Notes: a model not told the origin generated them from the letters alone. Shown: positions 37,267 through 51,252, counted from the first letter of the stretch. The stretch: 64,000 nucleotides of DNA from Octopus sinensis (GCF_006345805.1 NC_042999.1:140864001-140928000); one strand, 5' to 3'. Translations and numbers: made by a program.

Positions 37267-38596
37267 AGAATTCACAAAAAAACAAAAGACGAAGACAACA
37301 AACAGATGTATTAGTTTAATGGTTGGGAAATGAAAAAGTCTTCAAAACTTCCATGCTTCTTGAAATTCACCAACAGTATTGCTTGATGCCCCACTTTTTT
37401 CAAATGACACATTCTATGTACTGTACATGCACATTTGGCTACCTGAGGACTGTATGCAATACACACATTTGCATAAGCCTGTTCTTTTCTTTAATGGCAT
37501 GTAAATTTAGAATTTTTGAGATTATCTCCCCTCCTTATATGGAGCTGTCTCAATAATCATTTAGTAAATTATGACAAATCCTCTAGAGGTGAAAATAATT
37601 TTAATAAATAAAGAATTTAAGTTGTATAATATTTGATACATCTATATTTGTCTATGCTGCTCTTATACATGCCACTGGCCAATCTGAGCAATTTCTTAGT
37701 TAATTTTTGTTCTATATATGGATGTACGTGTAAATGTACGTACACACAAAGAAAGAGAGATGCATACACACACATTACACAATATATATATATGAACAGA
37801 CGTACATAAATGTATAATCATACATACATACACATATATATATATACATATATGTATGTATCTCAGAGTATTGAGTACTCTTATCATTCAACACCTTAGC
37901 CCACAACGCTCTTATTCACTTATCTCTATCAGTTTTACCTCTCCGTAAAGTGGTAGGCGAGCAAGTAGACACGTGGGCTCATAAGGACCTTTTACTCGTG
38001 TCGAAGACATCGCTACCAATCTTGTTCTGGCGCCAGAAAAACGTGCCCAGCATATCTCTGTAAATGGCAATGTTGTGAGAACCTGTTAGTCTTTATGAAA
38101 GACGTGAAGCTACGAAAGATATCTAGTACACTATAAAGGGTTTGGTGTTAAGAGGGGCATCTTGCCATAAAAAAAAAACAAACCAAAAAATAAAAAAGAA
38201 AAATGGAAAGGAAAACCGAGCGACATGCAGTCCACTGACTCGTGTATGTAACCAGTATCATTCGAATATACGTGACTCCGACAATGGCAATCCGTCCAAC
38301 CCATACCATCACAGGTTGCGGACAGAAAACGATCAGTAATATCTGTTCACATATACATACACATATATATAGCGTATAACACACACATACACTTAATATA
38401 TATAACAGAGACATGGATAACAAATATAAAACAATACATGTTGAACACGTACACAGCATATTTGTAGATAAATATACAAATAGCATACTAACTATATATG
38501 CATATAATATACGTATGTATTCATACACATAAATTTTTGTATGGAATAGAATACGTGTTTGTAGATATGTAATATATAAGGAATAGCAATCGTAAT

Positions 38597-38677
<81 letters not shown>

Positions 38678-38678
38678 T
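38597..38678. repeat. (AGAT)n(AGAC)n microsatellite
   Basis: Direct reading. Confidence 0.95.
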
Positions 38679-40502
38679 GTGCATGTAATATGTTTGTATG
38701 CATGTAGTCTTTTATTCGATATGGAACAAGTGTGTGTGAGTTTCTAAGAAACATAACCACACTTCACTTGTCTTGTTTGCTTCCATTCAAACAGTTTCTT
38801 CACAATAACCTTCATTGAGATGCTATCACAAGTAAAATAGAACTCAACTGCCATCGATGCTTTTAAAGGGAGAGTGTGGAAGATCAGCAGAGAAAGGAAA
38901 AAATATATCATAACTTAGAATTCTGATATTGTAAAAGAAGAAAAGAGCAACTGAAGTATTAGTCCAGTCTTCAGCTCTTTTTATCTTTCTATATTTTACA
39001 ATCATCTGTCTCTTGTTTTCTTTATTTGGCATTCGTGTTTGATCTCATCTACATACAATTTCTCTTTATCCCAAAGTTTTTCTCAGTATTCTAATTTCTC
39101 TTATGCTCAACTTTTTGACTATCTTTCACTTTCGCATTTCCTTCTGTTCGTGCTTCACTCACCATTCTCGCCATCTTTCCCAAAGTTAATCTACTTGTGT
39201 TTGCATTAACTTAGTAATACACAGCATAACACTTCCATTTATATATTTTCCTTTTCCTCTGATTCCGCATTTGTATTTTCTTTTTACTATTGCGGTTGAG
39301 AGATAGATAGAAAGATAGGTAGAGAGAGAGAGGAAGGATGATTGTCAGTGAGTAGAGAATAAATTGACGAGAGAAACAGAAAGAGACTGACAGAAAAAGA
39401 GAGAAAGCCAAGTATGAGAGAAGAATAAGGAAATCAGAATACGAAAGAGTAAAAACTATAAGTGTATCTATACTATAATATAAATAGATTGAAAGAATGA
39501 GCTGAGAGGCAAACAGAGAACCAAAAACTATTGCCGTCTAAGTGAAAGAAATATAAAGATGCGGTGAGGCTAAAAAAGGTATGACAGTGTAGGGAATGTG
39601 GAATCGCAGAGACTTTCAACTTGCACCTTTATCGCTGTTGCTGTTGACAGCAGTTATGTGAGAGATACCGTTAGGTCAACTGGTTTGACATAAAACCACA
39701 CCACATTCAGCGTTACGTACATGCTTGTTGACCGGTTAAAGGAAAGGGTCTTCTAATGGTACTTCTTTATAGGAATGCTCAATTTAAAAAGGGGAAAGGG
39801 GCAAAGAAAAGCTCTAAAGAACTGAAGTATCGTCTTAAAACCTGAATAGATAGAAACTTGAAGACCGTCTTGTGAGAGATTTGTTACGATGCGTGTATGT
39901 TTCGGAGAGATAAAGTGTATAACAATACTAAAAAGGCATGATCAACAATAAATAAGTTTTAGATTTTGGGGGAATGAGAAGTTGTCATGTTCATACCTAG
40001 CTCTAGAGTCATTAATTAATAAGTAATATAAGCCAAAGCAGTTCTAAATGTGTATAGAAGCAGAATCGCAATCTCGATTTTAGCAAAGAACTTAAATGTC
40101 ATCCAAATACAGCACCATCTCCCTCTGTACTCACAAAAATTGTAAATAAAAGCAACATATAACATTTATAATCAATTAGAAGACAAAGAAGAAGCATCGC
40201 TGTGGATAAAGAGTGATTAATAGAAGAAAAACTGGAAGAGATAGAGAAGGAAAGATGAGGCAGAGAAGAGGAAGGAAAGGATAGAAGACATGGTAAAAGA
40301 TTAAGGAAACAAGAGCAAACATTGGTAAATAACAATACTGAACCATAAAATAAATGTATATGAGTGTAATTAGAAAGAAAGGAAACAGTTCCATTATTGA
40401 AGAAAAAATATGCCGTTGTTATTGTTACGTTTTTGTTTTTTGTTTGTTTTTTTTTTTTAATCTCCGCTCACCCTCTTAGTTCTTTCAAAGAAAGTGCCAT
40501 AC

Positions 40503-40524
40503 CTGCATCTTGAATAGTAGCCAT
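40503..40524 (-). CDS. Candidate first coding exon (MATIQDA-) of an unidentified gene divergent from DCP1
   Basis: ataATGG start context and a CAG|gtatgg donor after 22 nt, inside the CpG-rich domain. No homology recognised. Confidence 0.3.
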
Positions 40525-43303
40525 TATTATACAGTGGAAAAACCCTGGGCGATTATATTTTAAGTGAGAAGGAAACCTTCTTAGCCACGACTCTCGTCCA
40601 TTTTTCTGGCTATCACGGAATTTACTTGTTATCCGGGCTCTTGCTTCATAATATTTCCAGATATATTTCTGACATTTTCCCCTAGAATCTCTCTTCTCTG
40701 CCCTGCGCTGTTTCTGTTTCTACTTCGGTGAAAGAAGGAAAACAGGCGGAGAGAGGCTCAGAGAAAGAGAAGGAAATCAGTACTGAAGGTAGGGGAGGGT
40801 GTGTCTATATGCGAGAGTAAATGAGAAAGTAAGATAATAACAGAGTGGAGTGGATGTGAAAAGAGTGATAATGACAGAGAGGGAGTGGGTGTGAGAGAAA
40901 AATAATGACACATACGGAGCGGATGAAATAACGATAGAAAGAAATGAAAGACTTGATGAACGCGAGAGCGAGAGATAAAAACGAAAGAGTAAGTGAAGTA
41001 GTAAGAGAGGCAGAGCGAAAGTGAGGATGAGTGGTTGGAACTAAAAGGTTAGCGGGGATGATAGCAGCAAGAGATGTAAAATCATATATATATATATACA
41101 TATATAAATATATATATATTTGTATGTATGTTTGTATGCGTGAGTGAGTGAAAGTATGGCTAGATGGATGTTTGTATGTGGCTACGAGTATGTTTGTGTG
41201 TAAATGTGTGAAAGATGGGGGAGAGCGGAAATTATATATAAGGACTTAGGTGTGAGGTAGAAAAAAAATACAGTAAAATATATGAAAAAAGAAAAGGTGA
41301 GGGAGTTACAAATGGTAAAACGGTAAGAAAAAGTAATGGATAAAAAGTGCTAGAGTTTAAGAGAAAAAAAGCGCAAATGCGAAAGGGATAAGAAGTGATA
41401 ATAAAAATGATGATAACTTGCTGATATTACTTTTATATTTAGAAGAATAAATTTTTAATTTATTCTTATAAATATAAGACAATTATGATAGAAAGAAAAT
41501 AGGAAATTTTAAAGATGTGTAAGAAAAGAAAGCTATACCAAATTTTATAGAAAAAAGTAAGACGTGGAGAGAATGAAGGCGGAAAGGAAGTTAGTTGAAG
41601 AGTTTTTGCAAGGTGAAAACAACCATAACAACAACTATAATGCAAAAATATGAAGAATAAATAATTAATCAAAACAAAATAGAAAGCTAAGCAGTTCAAA
41701 TATGAAATTTTTGTAACTCGAACGTATAGATCCAGTGCTAAATTTTCGCATTTATTTGGTGATGAAGTAGGAAGCAAAATTTAGCGAAGATGAGGTGGAT
41801 AGAAAGGATAGTGATGATGAAAAAGAAAAAAAAATAAGGAAACAGAAAAGAGAAATACTAAGATCATTTAGTCAAACACTTATGGAAGTGTTGGAGGAAA
41901 TGTGATTTGATCAGTTGACAGAGAATGAAGAATGAGTTAATAGTAAGAATCTGTTGATTTTACCCACAAGTAGACACACCAAGCTCTATTCTCTTCCCCC
42001 ACCATGTAGACAATTGTCTTCATTGCTAACATTCATCATCATCCTCATAATCTTTATATCACCAAGATAATATCACCATCAGCATCAACACTGTCCTTCC
42101 TCCCACTCATCATTATCATCAGCAACAGCGCCAGTATTACTTTTCTCTTAAACATCTGTGTTGATGGATCTAAGATGCAGTATTACGTTAGCTATATATA
42201 TAAATTTGTTCCTACAGAATTAAGTTTGTAGCGTGAAGAACACATACATAGACGTACGTACACACATTTATGCAGAAATATAGATATTTAATTTATTTAT
42301 GAGGAAATCTTTTAAATCTTAGAGCGGAAAAATCATGAATTAAGAGAAGGCGGGTGGTTGTGTTCTGTGTGTGAATAAAAAAAGAGAAAGAATAGGTATG
42401 AGTGTGCATATATGTAAATGCACTTTCGAGGTATGTTTGTTATGTGCAAGTGAAAGATAAAAGCAGTAATTTTGTGCGTTTGTATGTTTGCGCACCTTAG
42501 CGTATGTGCGACTATATGTGTTTAAGGGGAGTAAGCGAATGAAAGGGAAAGAGAAAGTGTGTTTGTATGAAGTACTCCGCTATGCATTTACACGAGGAAA
42601 TATGCGAACGTCAACCTACAGGTGTGTGAATGTAAATATGTGGTATATGAATATTCAGTGATGTTTATTGACAAGCGAAGAACTACAGTTGTTAAATTTT
42701 ATTTGCTTAACTTCATTGTTGAAAGAACATGACAAATTTGGCATTTGCGCGGACCTTTGACCATAAATGTCTTAGCTGCTTATACATTACAATTTTGTGG
42801 TCGAAATAAATTAATTGAATTAACAGCATATTCATTATATCTAATTTTCTTTATTTTCTGTCTTGTTTTCGCCTGTAACTCTTCCTCACTGTTGCGTTTC
42901 AGTATATCACAATTATATTTTTTACTTTTTATATTGACGGCTTAAATGAATTAGGAAAATTTTTACGTTAAAGAAGATACTTTATCAAACACGAAAATAT
43001 TTAATTTAATCTTTATCAGTCAGTCATTTTTAATGGTAAATTTCTTTGAAGTATCATATTACATGTAATTAGGAAATAATAATTATCTGCTTTGAAATTG
43101 TGCAGTCGATTCATTTATTTACGTGGTCTTTTTTATCCTATCAAATCTTAGGAACATGAGTGAGCCCGTATATATCACTTTGCATGTGTTTTTATTTTTA
43201 TGATATTCAGTGCGGGGGTGCTGTATCTTCTGCCTTCGGCTCGTTTGTCTTTCTTTCCATCCATCTATCTTTTTAAGTCAAGGCAGTGTTTTGACATCTT
43301 AGA

Positions 43304-43579
43304 ATGTCACTGTCCATTGCTCCTTCAGCTCTATCTGCAGCGACTGCAACAACAGCGAACGCCTCCTCTAATACCAGTGGTACCTTCTTTCATTGCTCAG
43401 CCGACCGTAGTAGTAAGACTTCTGCTACGAGTGGTTCCAATCCTGTCGGAGATTCTTCAGGTGCCGAAAGTCGCATGAACTTAGCAGCATTGCTGCAACG
43501 GGATCCTTACATTACGGACATAGTGGACACTGCGAAACAAGTGGCTCTCTACCTGTTTAATCCCAAGAATAGTGAGTGG
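43304..43579 (+). CDS. DCP1: mRNA-decapping enzyme subunit 1 (DCP1A/B-like), first coding exon (start of the EVH1 domain)
   Basis: MNLAALLQRDPYITDIVDTAKQVALYLFNPKNSEW closely matches the recalled human DCP1A segment MSLAALKQHDPYITSIADLTGQVALYTFCPKANQW. Phase-0 donor TGG|gtaagt at 43579/43580. An alternative start exists at ATG 43475. Confidence 0.93.
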
Positions 43580-44118
43580 GTAAGTCTTGTAAAGTGCTGT
43601 TCAAACTGTTTCAAAGATAGACATTATTATTAGCGTTATCTACTCCAGCATCATGTATTTTGTTTATTTATCAATGTTGTTGTTGCTGTTTTCATTTAGC
43701 TCTACCTTAAGTTGCTCGTTTACGTAATTTGTCACAAATGACATCAATGTTGTTTTCCATCGTTAGAATTTGAAATGTTTGCTTTTTTTATTCCTCCTTT
43801 CATTTCATCTATTTATTTAATTTACCTTGTTACAATGACGTCATGTTGTCGCCAGTCGTTTATGCTGACATAAACTTCTTCGCCTGTATTAACAACCGGT
43901 CATGCTATGTTCATTTGTCAATATAGAGTGCGGTTCCTAATTGAACTTCACATCATTTAGTCACCTGTTTAACTTACCGATCTGTTATAACTATTATTTC
44001 TGTCTCTAGGTGATAAAACTACACTGTCTGCTTTTAAATGTTACGAAGAGGCTTTATTTTCTTTTAGTAAGCATTAATAAATTAACATTTATTGTGTTTG
44101 TGCGTGCGTGTGTGTGTG

Positions 44119-44153
<35 letters not shown>

Positions 44154-44718
44154 TCTATTTCTTGTTTGCACTCCGCATAGACTCTAATATCTCCACATAT
44201 TTATGGTTTTATTATATTAACTTTTTGCTCACTGGACGTGTTCAAACTCTCCCACTGAATCCCATGCCATTTAATATGCCTTGTTTGTTAATATGTTTTC
44301 AATGAAATTCGAAAGATTATGGTAAATCGATGTTATTATTCACCGAAAATTTCTTAATCACTTCCAACAAATCAAAAACATAAAAAATCACAAATCTTAG
44401 TCAAAAATGTTCATGCTTCATGAAAATCGATGAAAATGTAAACAAAATCAAACATTTATAAGTTCTGTATTAATATTATTATTTCGAATCTTTGAGTTTT
44501 TAAAAAGAAATCCTTAACGTGTAAGAATTTTTTTAATTAATTCACACTGTAAGAAGTAACTCGTTCCATACATTAAAAGAACTATTTTTGTTTTGCATTA
44601 AATCTACTATAATGTTGGGCTTTAATTTTTAAGCTTTTGATAAACCTGTGTTATAAGTTATGCACGTTGTCAAAAGTCTGGCTGTTTTACAATATTCCAG
44701 TGTTCCATATTTAGTGCA

Positions 44719-44775
<57 letters not shown>

Positions 44776-45933
44776 GATGTACTGTTCCGTGATAGAAAAT
44801 TCAACATATATGGTAATCTTTCGATTTACCACACACATAAATAAATAAATAAATAAAGCATCGCACCTGTGTATTTTATATCTTTTTTTAGTAAAGGAGT
44901 TGTGTGTCAGAATCATCACTGACATCTTTCATACTCTTGAGAAAGGCATAAACCTCACAACCTTAATCATTTCTTCAGACTGTTAACATTTACTATATTT
45001 TCTCAAATAAATTTGATTTCGAACATTACACATACACGCCTATGTACAAATTTTTACACACACACACACATCCACATCTATAACACCTGACACGCGCGCA
45101 CACTGTAAAAATTTTTCCAAGTATCACAAGACTCATGTTTTCATATATTTTACCAAAATTTGCAGTATTTATTTTATGTGGGTTGTACGAAAAGATTAGT
45201 CCCTTTTGATATGAAGACTTCTTTTTATCAAAGAGAAACTAACTATTATTTCATTTTGACTTGTTAAACCTTATATGTTTCTTGATTCCAATATCTAAAA
45301 TTATTTTGGAACATTAACATGAAACAGATGGAAGAACTGTATGTCTGATAATTCTAACTAAAAATTATTGACATGTTAGCTTTAGATCCAATCTTTACAA
45401 AGTTTGTACAGTATGTATAAGTTATTATTATTTGGACTTCTCAAATCGCCTATGAGCACAACATCCAAGGAAAATATTTTCTGAAATACTATTAATTGGC
45501 TCACAGTGGTAAGCTCTCTTCATATGTAGATCCAGATTGTATATTCCTCACCAAGCTCAGTATATTAAGATTACTGTGATTTGTTCTCATCACAAGTAGA
45601 TCCAGGTTACTTATTGTAGGGTATGCTGTCCTTACTTGACAAAATAGATACATAGTTTATTTTGATATCTATATGACTAATAAATCATGCTACTCCAAAG
45701 AAACATGTATTAACAATTAAACTTAAATCCATTTCCCATCTACTATGCTGTTAGAGCAAAGATCTGTGGTATATATTATCTAAAGATAGTGTTGAGCTGA
45801 TTGGATCTGGCTTGCTTAGGAGGAAATTAAACTGTAATGACATGAAGCATTGTCAAAGTAAAGATTTACATTTTTCTAGGTCATCTGATTGATGTTAATT
45901 TTATTAGTTAAGCTAAGTTGATTCAGTCTTGTA

Positions 45934-46125
45934 ATCATCATCATCATCATCGTCATTTAGCGTCCGTTTTCCATGCTAGCATGGGTTGGACAGTTTAACT
46001 GGGGTCTGTGGAGCCGGGAGGCTTCATCAGGCCCAGTCAGATTTGGCAGTGTTTCTACGGCTGGATGCCCTTCCTAACGCCAACCACTCCGTGAGTGTAG
46101 TGGGTGCTTTTTACGTGCCACCTGT
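45934..46125 (-). mobile_element. RTE 3'-tail module
   Basis: (cat)n..ttccatgctagcatgggttgg..ctggatgcccttcctaacgccaaccactccgtgagtgtagtgggtgc. Confidence 0.85.
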
Positions 46126-47370
46126 CATGAAATATTCTTAACTAACTTAAGTGGATCCAAAAGAGTGAAATGGTTTTGACATTTTTAGTGCTGTAAGGAT
46201 TTATTTCTTCAAACAGACCCATACCATAAGTTGAGTTTATTACTTGTTAGTAGCACCAAACTTTAACATCTCAACTTCAGCTGAGAAAGATATAATTGAT
46301 TTAGGCTGACTCCAAAAAAAGCATGTCATTGTATGTTTTCCTCATAGAGAGGCAGGTTAGAATGATGCTAACTGAATTTCCATCTTTCAAATGTATGTAA
46401 TGTTTCATCCCTAGTAAAATTTTAACTCATTAATCCAATATAAAGTGTTCCTACTAATCACAGTTGCAAACTATTTCTTCATGGTACATATTTATAACTA
46501 AAGAGAAAAGACTTGAAAAATAAAGGTCTTCTTGAGAGACACTGTATAGGTAAGCCTTTATCAAAGTATTTCATATTCTCTTAATTGTAGCCACAGCTGC
46601 TGATTTTAAAAACAGCAAACTGTTAGTTAATATAGCACTACTTAATAAAATTGCTTGATGCAATATGATATCAAGTTCTTTCTTCTGAACTCATTGAATC
46701 CAACTTATATTATGGGCTACACAGATGAAGTTTTATCACCATCATATGTAGTATGGGTTTGACTAGATCCAATGAACCAGGGGACTGCATGAAACTCCAA
46801 CATCTACAGCTGGATGCTCATCCTCATATATACTACCTTACAAAGCGTACTAGATGCTTCTTTTCATGACTGACTAATGAGGTTGTCAAATAACTTGCAG
46901 GACAAAGAAAATGGCCTCTTGACTGAATGGGGTTGTGGCAAGGGAGATGGCTTTATACCAAGTATTGAGAGGCTAAATTATGATAAAGGGACAGTAACAA
47001 GTATCTTGCTATAGAAGAAATATATGGCTGCCTTGCATTGCATAGGGTTGGAGTAGCTGGAATGAAATAACGATGATATTGACAAGGTATCAAAATGTAC
47101 TCTCAAGGGACTAGAAGATGAGTATAAGAGAGAATAAATACTGAGGACTGGGATACATGAGTGGATAAATTCATGAGAATGACAGATGGTTAATGATGAG
47201 TATAGAGTTGAATGTAGTGAATGGAACAAAGATTGAGGTGTGGTTGATCATAAAATATCAGTTTGGGGAGAGGGAAGGTGAAAGAAATTGGAGTGGTTTG
47301 GTAAGGAGGAGGTGATATGCAACAGTACTGAAGGATGGAATGCAGTGGTATAATAAACATGTAGATAAGG

Positions 47371-47700
47371 TGCATGGCTCAGTGGTTAGAGCATTGGGCC
47401 CACAGTCATGAGGTAGTGAGTTCGATTCTTGGACCAGGCTAAGCATTGTGTTCTTGAGCAAGACACTTTATTTCATGTCACTCCAGTTCACTCAGCCATA
47501 GAAATGAGTTGCGACATCACTGGTGCCAAGCTGTATCAGCCTTTGCCTTTCCCTTGCATAACATCGGTGGTGTGAAGAGGAGAGACTGGTATGTATAGGT
47601 GACTGCTGGTCTTCTATAAACAACCTTGCCTGGACATGTGTCTTGGAGGGGAACTTTCTAGATGGAATCCCATGGTCATTCATGACTGAACGGTGTCATT
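47371..47700 (+). mobile_element. tRNA-derived SINE (family C-like head and core, different tail)
   Basis: A-box tggctcagtgg, B-box gagttcgattc, core gtgttcttgagcaagacac. No acceptor stem. Confidence 0.75.
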
Positions 47701-48009
47701 ATCTCTAGATCAGAAAATAGGAAGATGACATGCAGATTGGGAGAAAGGTGGGGGGAGGTTGCTGACTGCAGAATTGAGAGGGTTTATATCAATCTGTAAA
47801 AGTAAAAATTATTCATTCTTAAATTTTATTCATTTTCTTAAATGATTTTTTATAGTCCTAATTCAGCCATGAAACGTATGTAGTCAATGTACTTACTTTT
47901 ATACATTATATTATTGTATTAATTTTTATTATTCAATTGATATTTTATTTGATTTTAGATTATTATTTTTGTGATGAATGTTTCTTTGTATGGGATTCAC
48001 TGTGATCAA

Positions 48010-48470
48010 ACTCGGTGACTAGCATACGTTGCTAGTGGAGCGCTAAGAGTACCATACGAGTGAGATCGTTGCAAGAGCAACAAGCTGGCCTTCGTGCCGA
48101 TGGCACGTTAAACACACCATTCGAGCATGATCGTTACCATGTCGCCTTACTAGCACTTGTGCTGGTGGCACATGAAAAAACAAAAAAATTTGAGCGAGGT
48201 CGTCGCCAGTGCCTCTGGACTGGCTCCTGTGCAGGTGGCACATAAAAAGCACCATTTGAGCATGGCCGTTGCCAGTACCACCAAACTAGCCCTTGTGCTG
48301 GTGACATGCAAAAGCACCCACTACACTCTTGGAGTGGTTGGTGTTAGGAAGGGCATCCAGCTGTAGAAACTCTGCCAGATCAGATTGGAGTCTAGTTCGC
48401 CAGACCTCAGTCAAATCGTCCAACCCATGCTAGCATGGAAAGCGGACGTTAAACGATGATGATGATGATA
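48010..48470 (+). mobile_element. RTE 3'-tail element with minisatellite units
   Basis: Repeated gagcatg..cgttgccag/ggtggcacat units, then the tail ...ccaacccatgctagcatggaaagcggacgttaaacgatgatgatgatg. Confidence 0.85.
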
Positions 48471-49549
48471 TTATATGATTGGAATAATCTTACTGTTCAA
48501 TATTATATATTATTAAAATTTTAGATTAGCATTTTGTATGGTATATGTCTCACAGCATGGTTTTGGACGCATTCTTCATTGATTGAGTTGTGGAATGGTG
48601 GTTTGTCTTTAAATTAGTTATCATTATCATCATCATAGTTATATATATATACATAGTGTAGTTTCATTATTTGTGGGATCAATGAAAAAAGTATCCCATT
48701 CTGTGAGAGATAAATATCTAATATACAGGATTTAGTAGTAGTTTTCTGGAAATGTGTATGGTTTAGGAGTTAGTGTTTTTGATGATCATGTATAGCATGC
48801 CATCACTAGTGGAGCTAGAGTGTGTGCTGCCCAGAGTAACCCTTCCATTTCCTGGACCCCACAAAAAACACATATTACCTACATCAGACCCAAAAGTGGT
48901 GCCCCTTTAAAAGTGCTGCCCAGGGTGGACTGCCCCTGCTGTAAACCCCCTAGGCATGCCATGTACTATTGTGAAATCTTTCAGGCTCAAAATGCAACGT
49001 GGCATGTATTTTGAATTTGAAAGATTGCACAGTAGTATGTGGCATACTATACAAGTTCGTCCACTGTTGCACTATCAAGGCATGAAAGTTAATGCAGCTC
49101 ATAATCAAATCCTTTGTATATTAAATGATTTAATATAGAGTATGTATATTTGTGGTAGTGACTGGTAATATGTGGTTCTCTAGGAGACCCACCTAACTTA
49201 GTGAAGCCAAGTTGTGGAAGTGCTGTACATTTGGGCCATTTGCCCAATTTCCTTCTCCAAAGTACTCACCATCCTTCATCTCTAATTGCATCTTTTACTT
49301 GATACCACTAATCTTTCTCACTACTTGGAGCCATTTCACTTCATATTCATCTTTCATTCTTAATATTGCTCTCCACCCACATTTTACATTGATCCCTTCC
49401 CTCACAGACACCTCACCTTTTTCACCACCATACATCTTTCACTATCCTCATGCAGTGCTCTCCCACCCCCTCACTCTCACAACTTGTAGAAATATTCATC
49501 ATCTCTTTCTCTTCCTCTCTGTCTTTCTTTCTCTCTCCTCTTTCATGTA

Positions 49550-49766
49550 CAAGGGGGTGCAGAAAAGTTCCTGGCTTTGGGTAAAAGAAAATACAGGAAG
49601 ATCACTTAATTATGATTTTATTCAATATATACCCCTCTCAGATTCATACATTTATTGGAGTGATACTTCAGTCTTTTTCAGCTCTGTAAAAGAACTCAGA
49701 AGGCCGGGCCTCCAACCAGGCCTTTCATGACTCACTTAAAACCAGGAACTTTTCAGCACACCTTTG
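49550..49766 (-). mobile_element. 217-bp mariner-derived MITE
   Basis: TA TSDs and TIRs caagggggtgcagaaaagttcctgg / ccaggaacttttcagcacacctttg. The minus strand retains AWL..PSEFF..CMNLRGVYIE*, a mariner C-terminus. Confidence 0.9.
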
Positions 49767-49796
49767 TATTCACTTTGTCATTATTACTATTTTGCT

Positions 49797-50012
49797 AAGG
49801 CAGCGAGCTTGCAGAAACGTTACCATGCCAGGCGAAATGCTTATTGGTATTTCATCCATCTTTACGTTCTGAGTTCAAATTCTGCTGAGCTCAACTTAGC
49901 TTTTCATTCTTTTGGGGGTCAATAAATTAAATACCAGTTGCATACTGGAGTCAATCTAATCAGCTGGCCTCCTCCCCGAAATTTTGGGCCTTGTGCCTAG
50001 AGTAGAAAAGAT
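49797..50012 (+). mobile_element. Family A SINE
   Basis: ggcagcgagcttgcagaaacg..gagttcaaattc..gggccttgtgcctagagtagaaaag. Confidence 0.85.
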
Positions 50013-50690
50013 TATTACTATTTTGCTACTCTCCTTCCCCATACATTATTGGTCACCCTTTACCCCTTAATTCCTATTTGCTCCATCCATCACTCTGCCC
50101 AGTCTCTATAGTTGTCACCACTCCTACTTATTAGCTACTCAACACTTATTCTTCATTCATTATACTTATTCCCTCACCCATTTCCCATCTCTTGGTCTGC
50201 TGTAAACACTTGCAACCATTACCTACCCACATTCCCAGTTCTTTCACCCCCATTCACTTGTACCTTGAGGATCCACACAGACACCTTATTACCACCAGTT
50301 TTATCCCTATCTTGTTCCATCCCAATCATCCCCGCTATCTTTTTTTCTAAAACGTGAATAACCATGTAGCTTCTTTACAGTAAGAGACTTGTTTTACTCT
50401 GGGCTCTTCTCTCATACTTTAACCACTCATGCATAAAGTCATCTCCACCTCAGGGGTTGTAGTCTCCCAAGCTGCATGGCAACCTCACGAGTGCACTAGA
50501 CCTCACATTACAGTACACACTGTAATGTTGGTGTAAGGAAGGGCATCCATTTGTAGAAACCATTTCAAAACAGACACTAGAACAAGATGCAGTTATTGAG
50601 CCCGTCAAACCTTTCGACCCATGTCAGCATGGGGCATGGGTTTATGGTGATAATTTCAGAGAGAGAGGGGATGGCATCTATATTATAGAG

Positions 50691-50869
50691 CAGTGGTTTT
50701 CAACAAGGGTTCCGCAAGAAGTTACAAAACTGCTAAAATCGGCAGTAATTTTGAAGTCTCCTGTGCAGATATGTGTGCATAAGACTATTAAATTATTGCA
50801 CAGGGGTTCCTCGAGCAAGTGGAATGTTTCCTTGGAGTTCCGCTCCAGCAAAAAGTTTGAAAAGCACTG
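50691..50869. mobile_element. hAT (Charlie-like) MITE, 179 bp
   Basis: TIRs cagtggttttcaac / gtttgaaaagcactg, with a perfect 8-bp TSD ttatagag at 50683-50690 and 50870-50877. Confidence 0.9.
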
Positions 50870-51252
50870 TTATAGAGGTATATATCTACTTGTTCATAAA
50901 TATGGATATAGATTGTATGTTTCTCGGTTATATACGCCAACAGATCACCCAGGTGACCCGACTTTCAACTACCCAAATTTGACACTTATGTAGGCAAAGA
51001 AGTTTATATTTAGATCATAATTTTAGAACCATTGAGTAATTAAATCTACATCTCTTTTACGAATTATCTTGAATGTGAATTTACTTGTAAAGATTGGCAC
51101 ATGGTATATTGGGTTAAATGTTCCCTTGTATAGAAAAAAAGCTGGTGAGCTACCCACAGGACTTGAACCACGCACCTGCAGTAATCTGGTCTCTCATGAT
51201 ACTTTTACAACATAACACTTCTCCAATTTTAGCCTTCCGAGCGAGACACGGA

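Noticed and set aside
43200-43478. 92-aa ORF overlapping DCP1 exon 1 in another frame
   Set aside because: No recognisable homology; the DCP1 frame explains the sequence.
47371-47445. tRNA-like sequences (also at 9395-9465, 18779-18865, 51140-51190 and 51806-51877)
   Set aside because: They have A and B boxes but no complete cloverleaf or acceptor stem, and most continue into repeat bodies, so they are SINE-type heads rather than tRNA genes.
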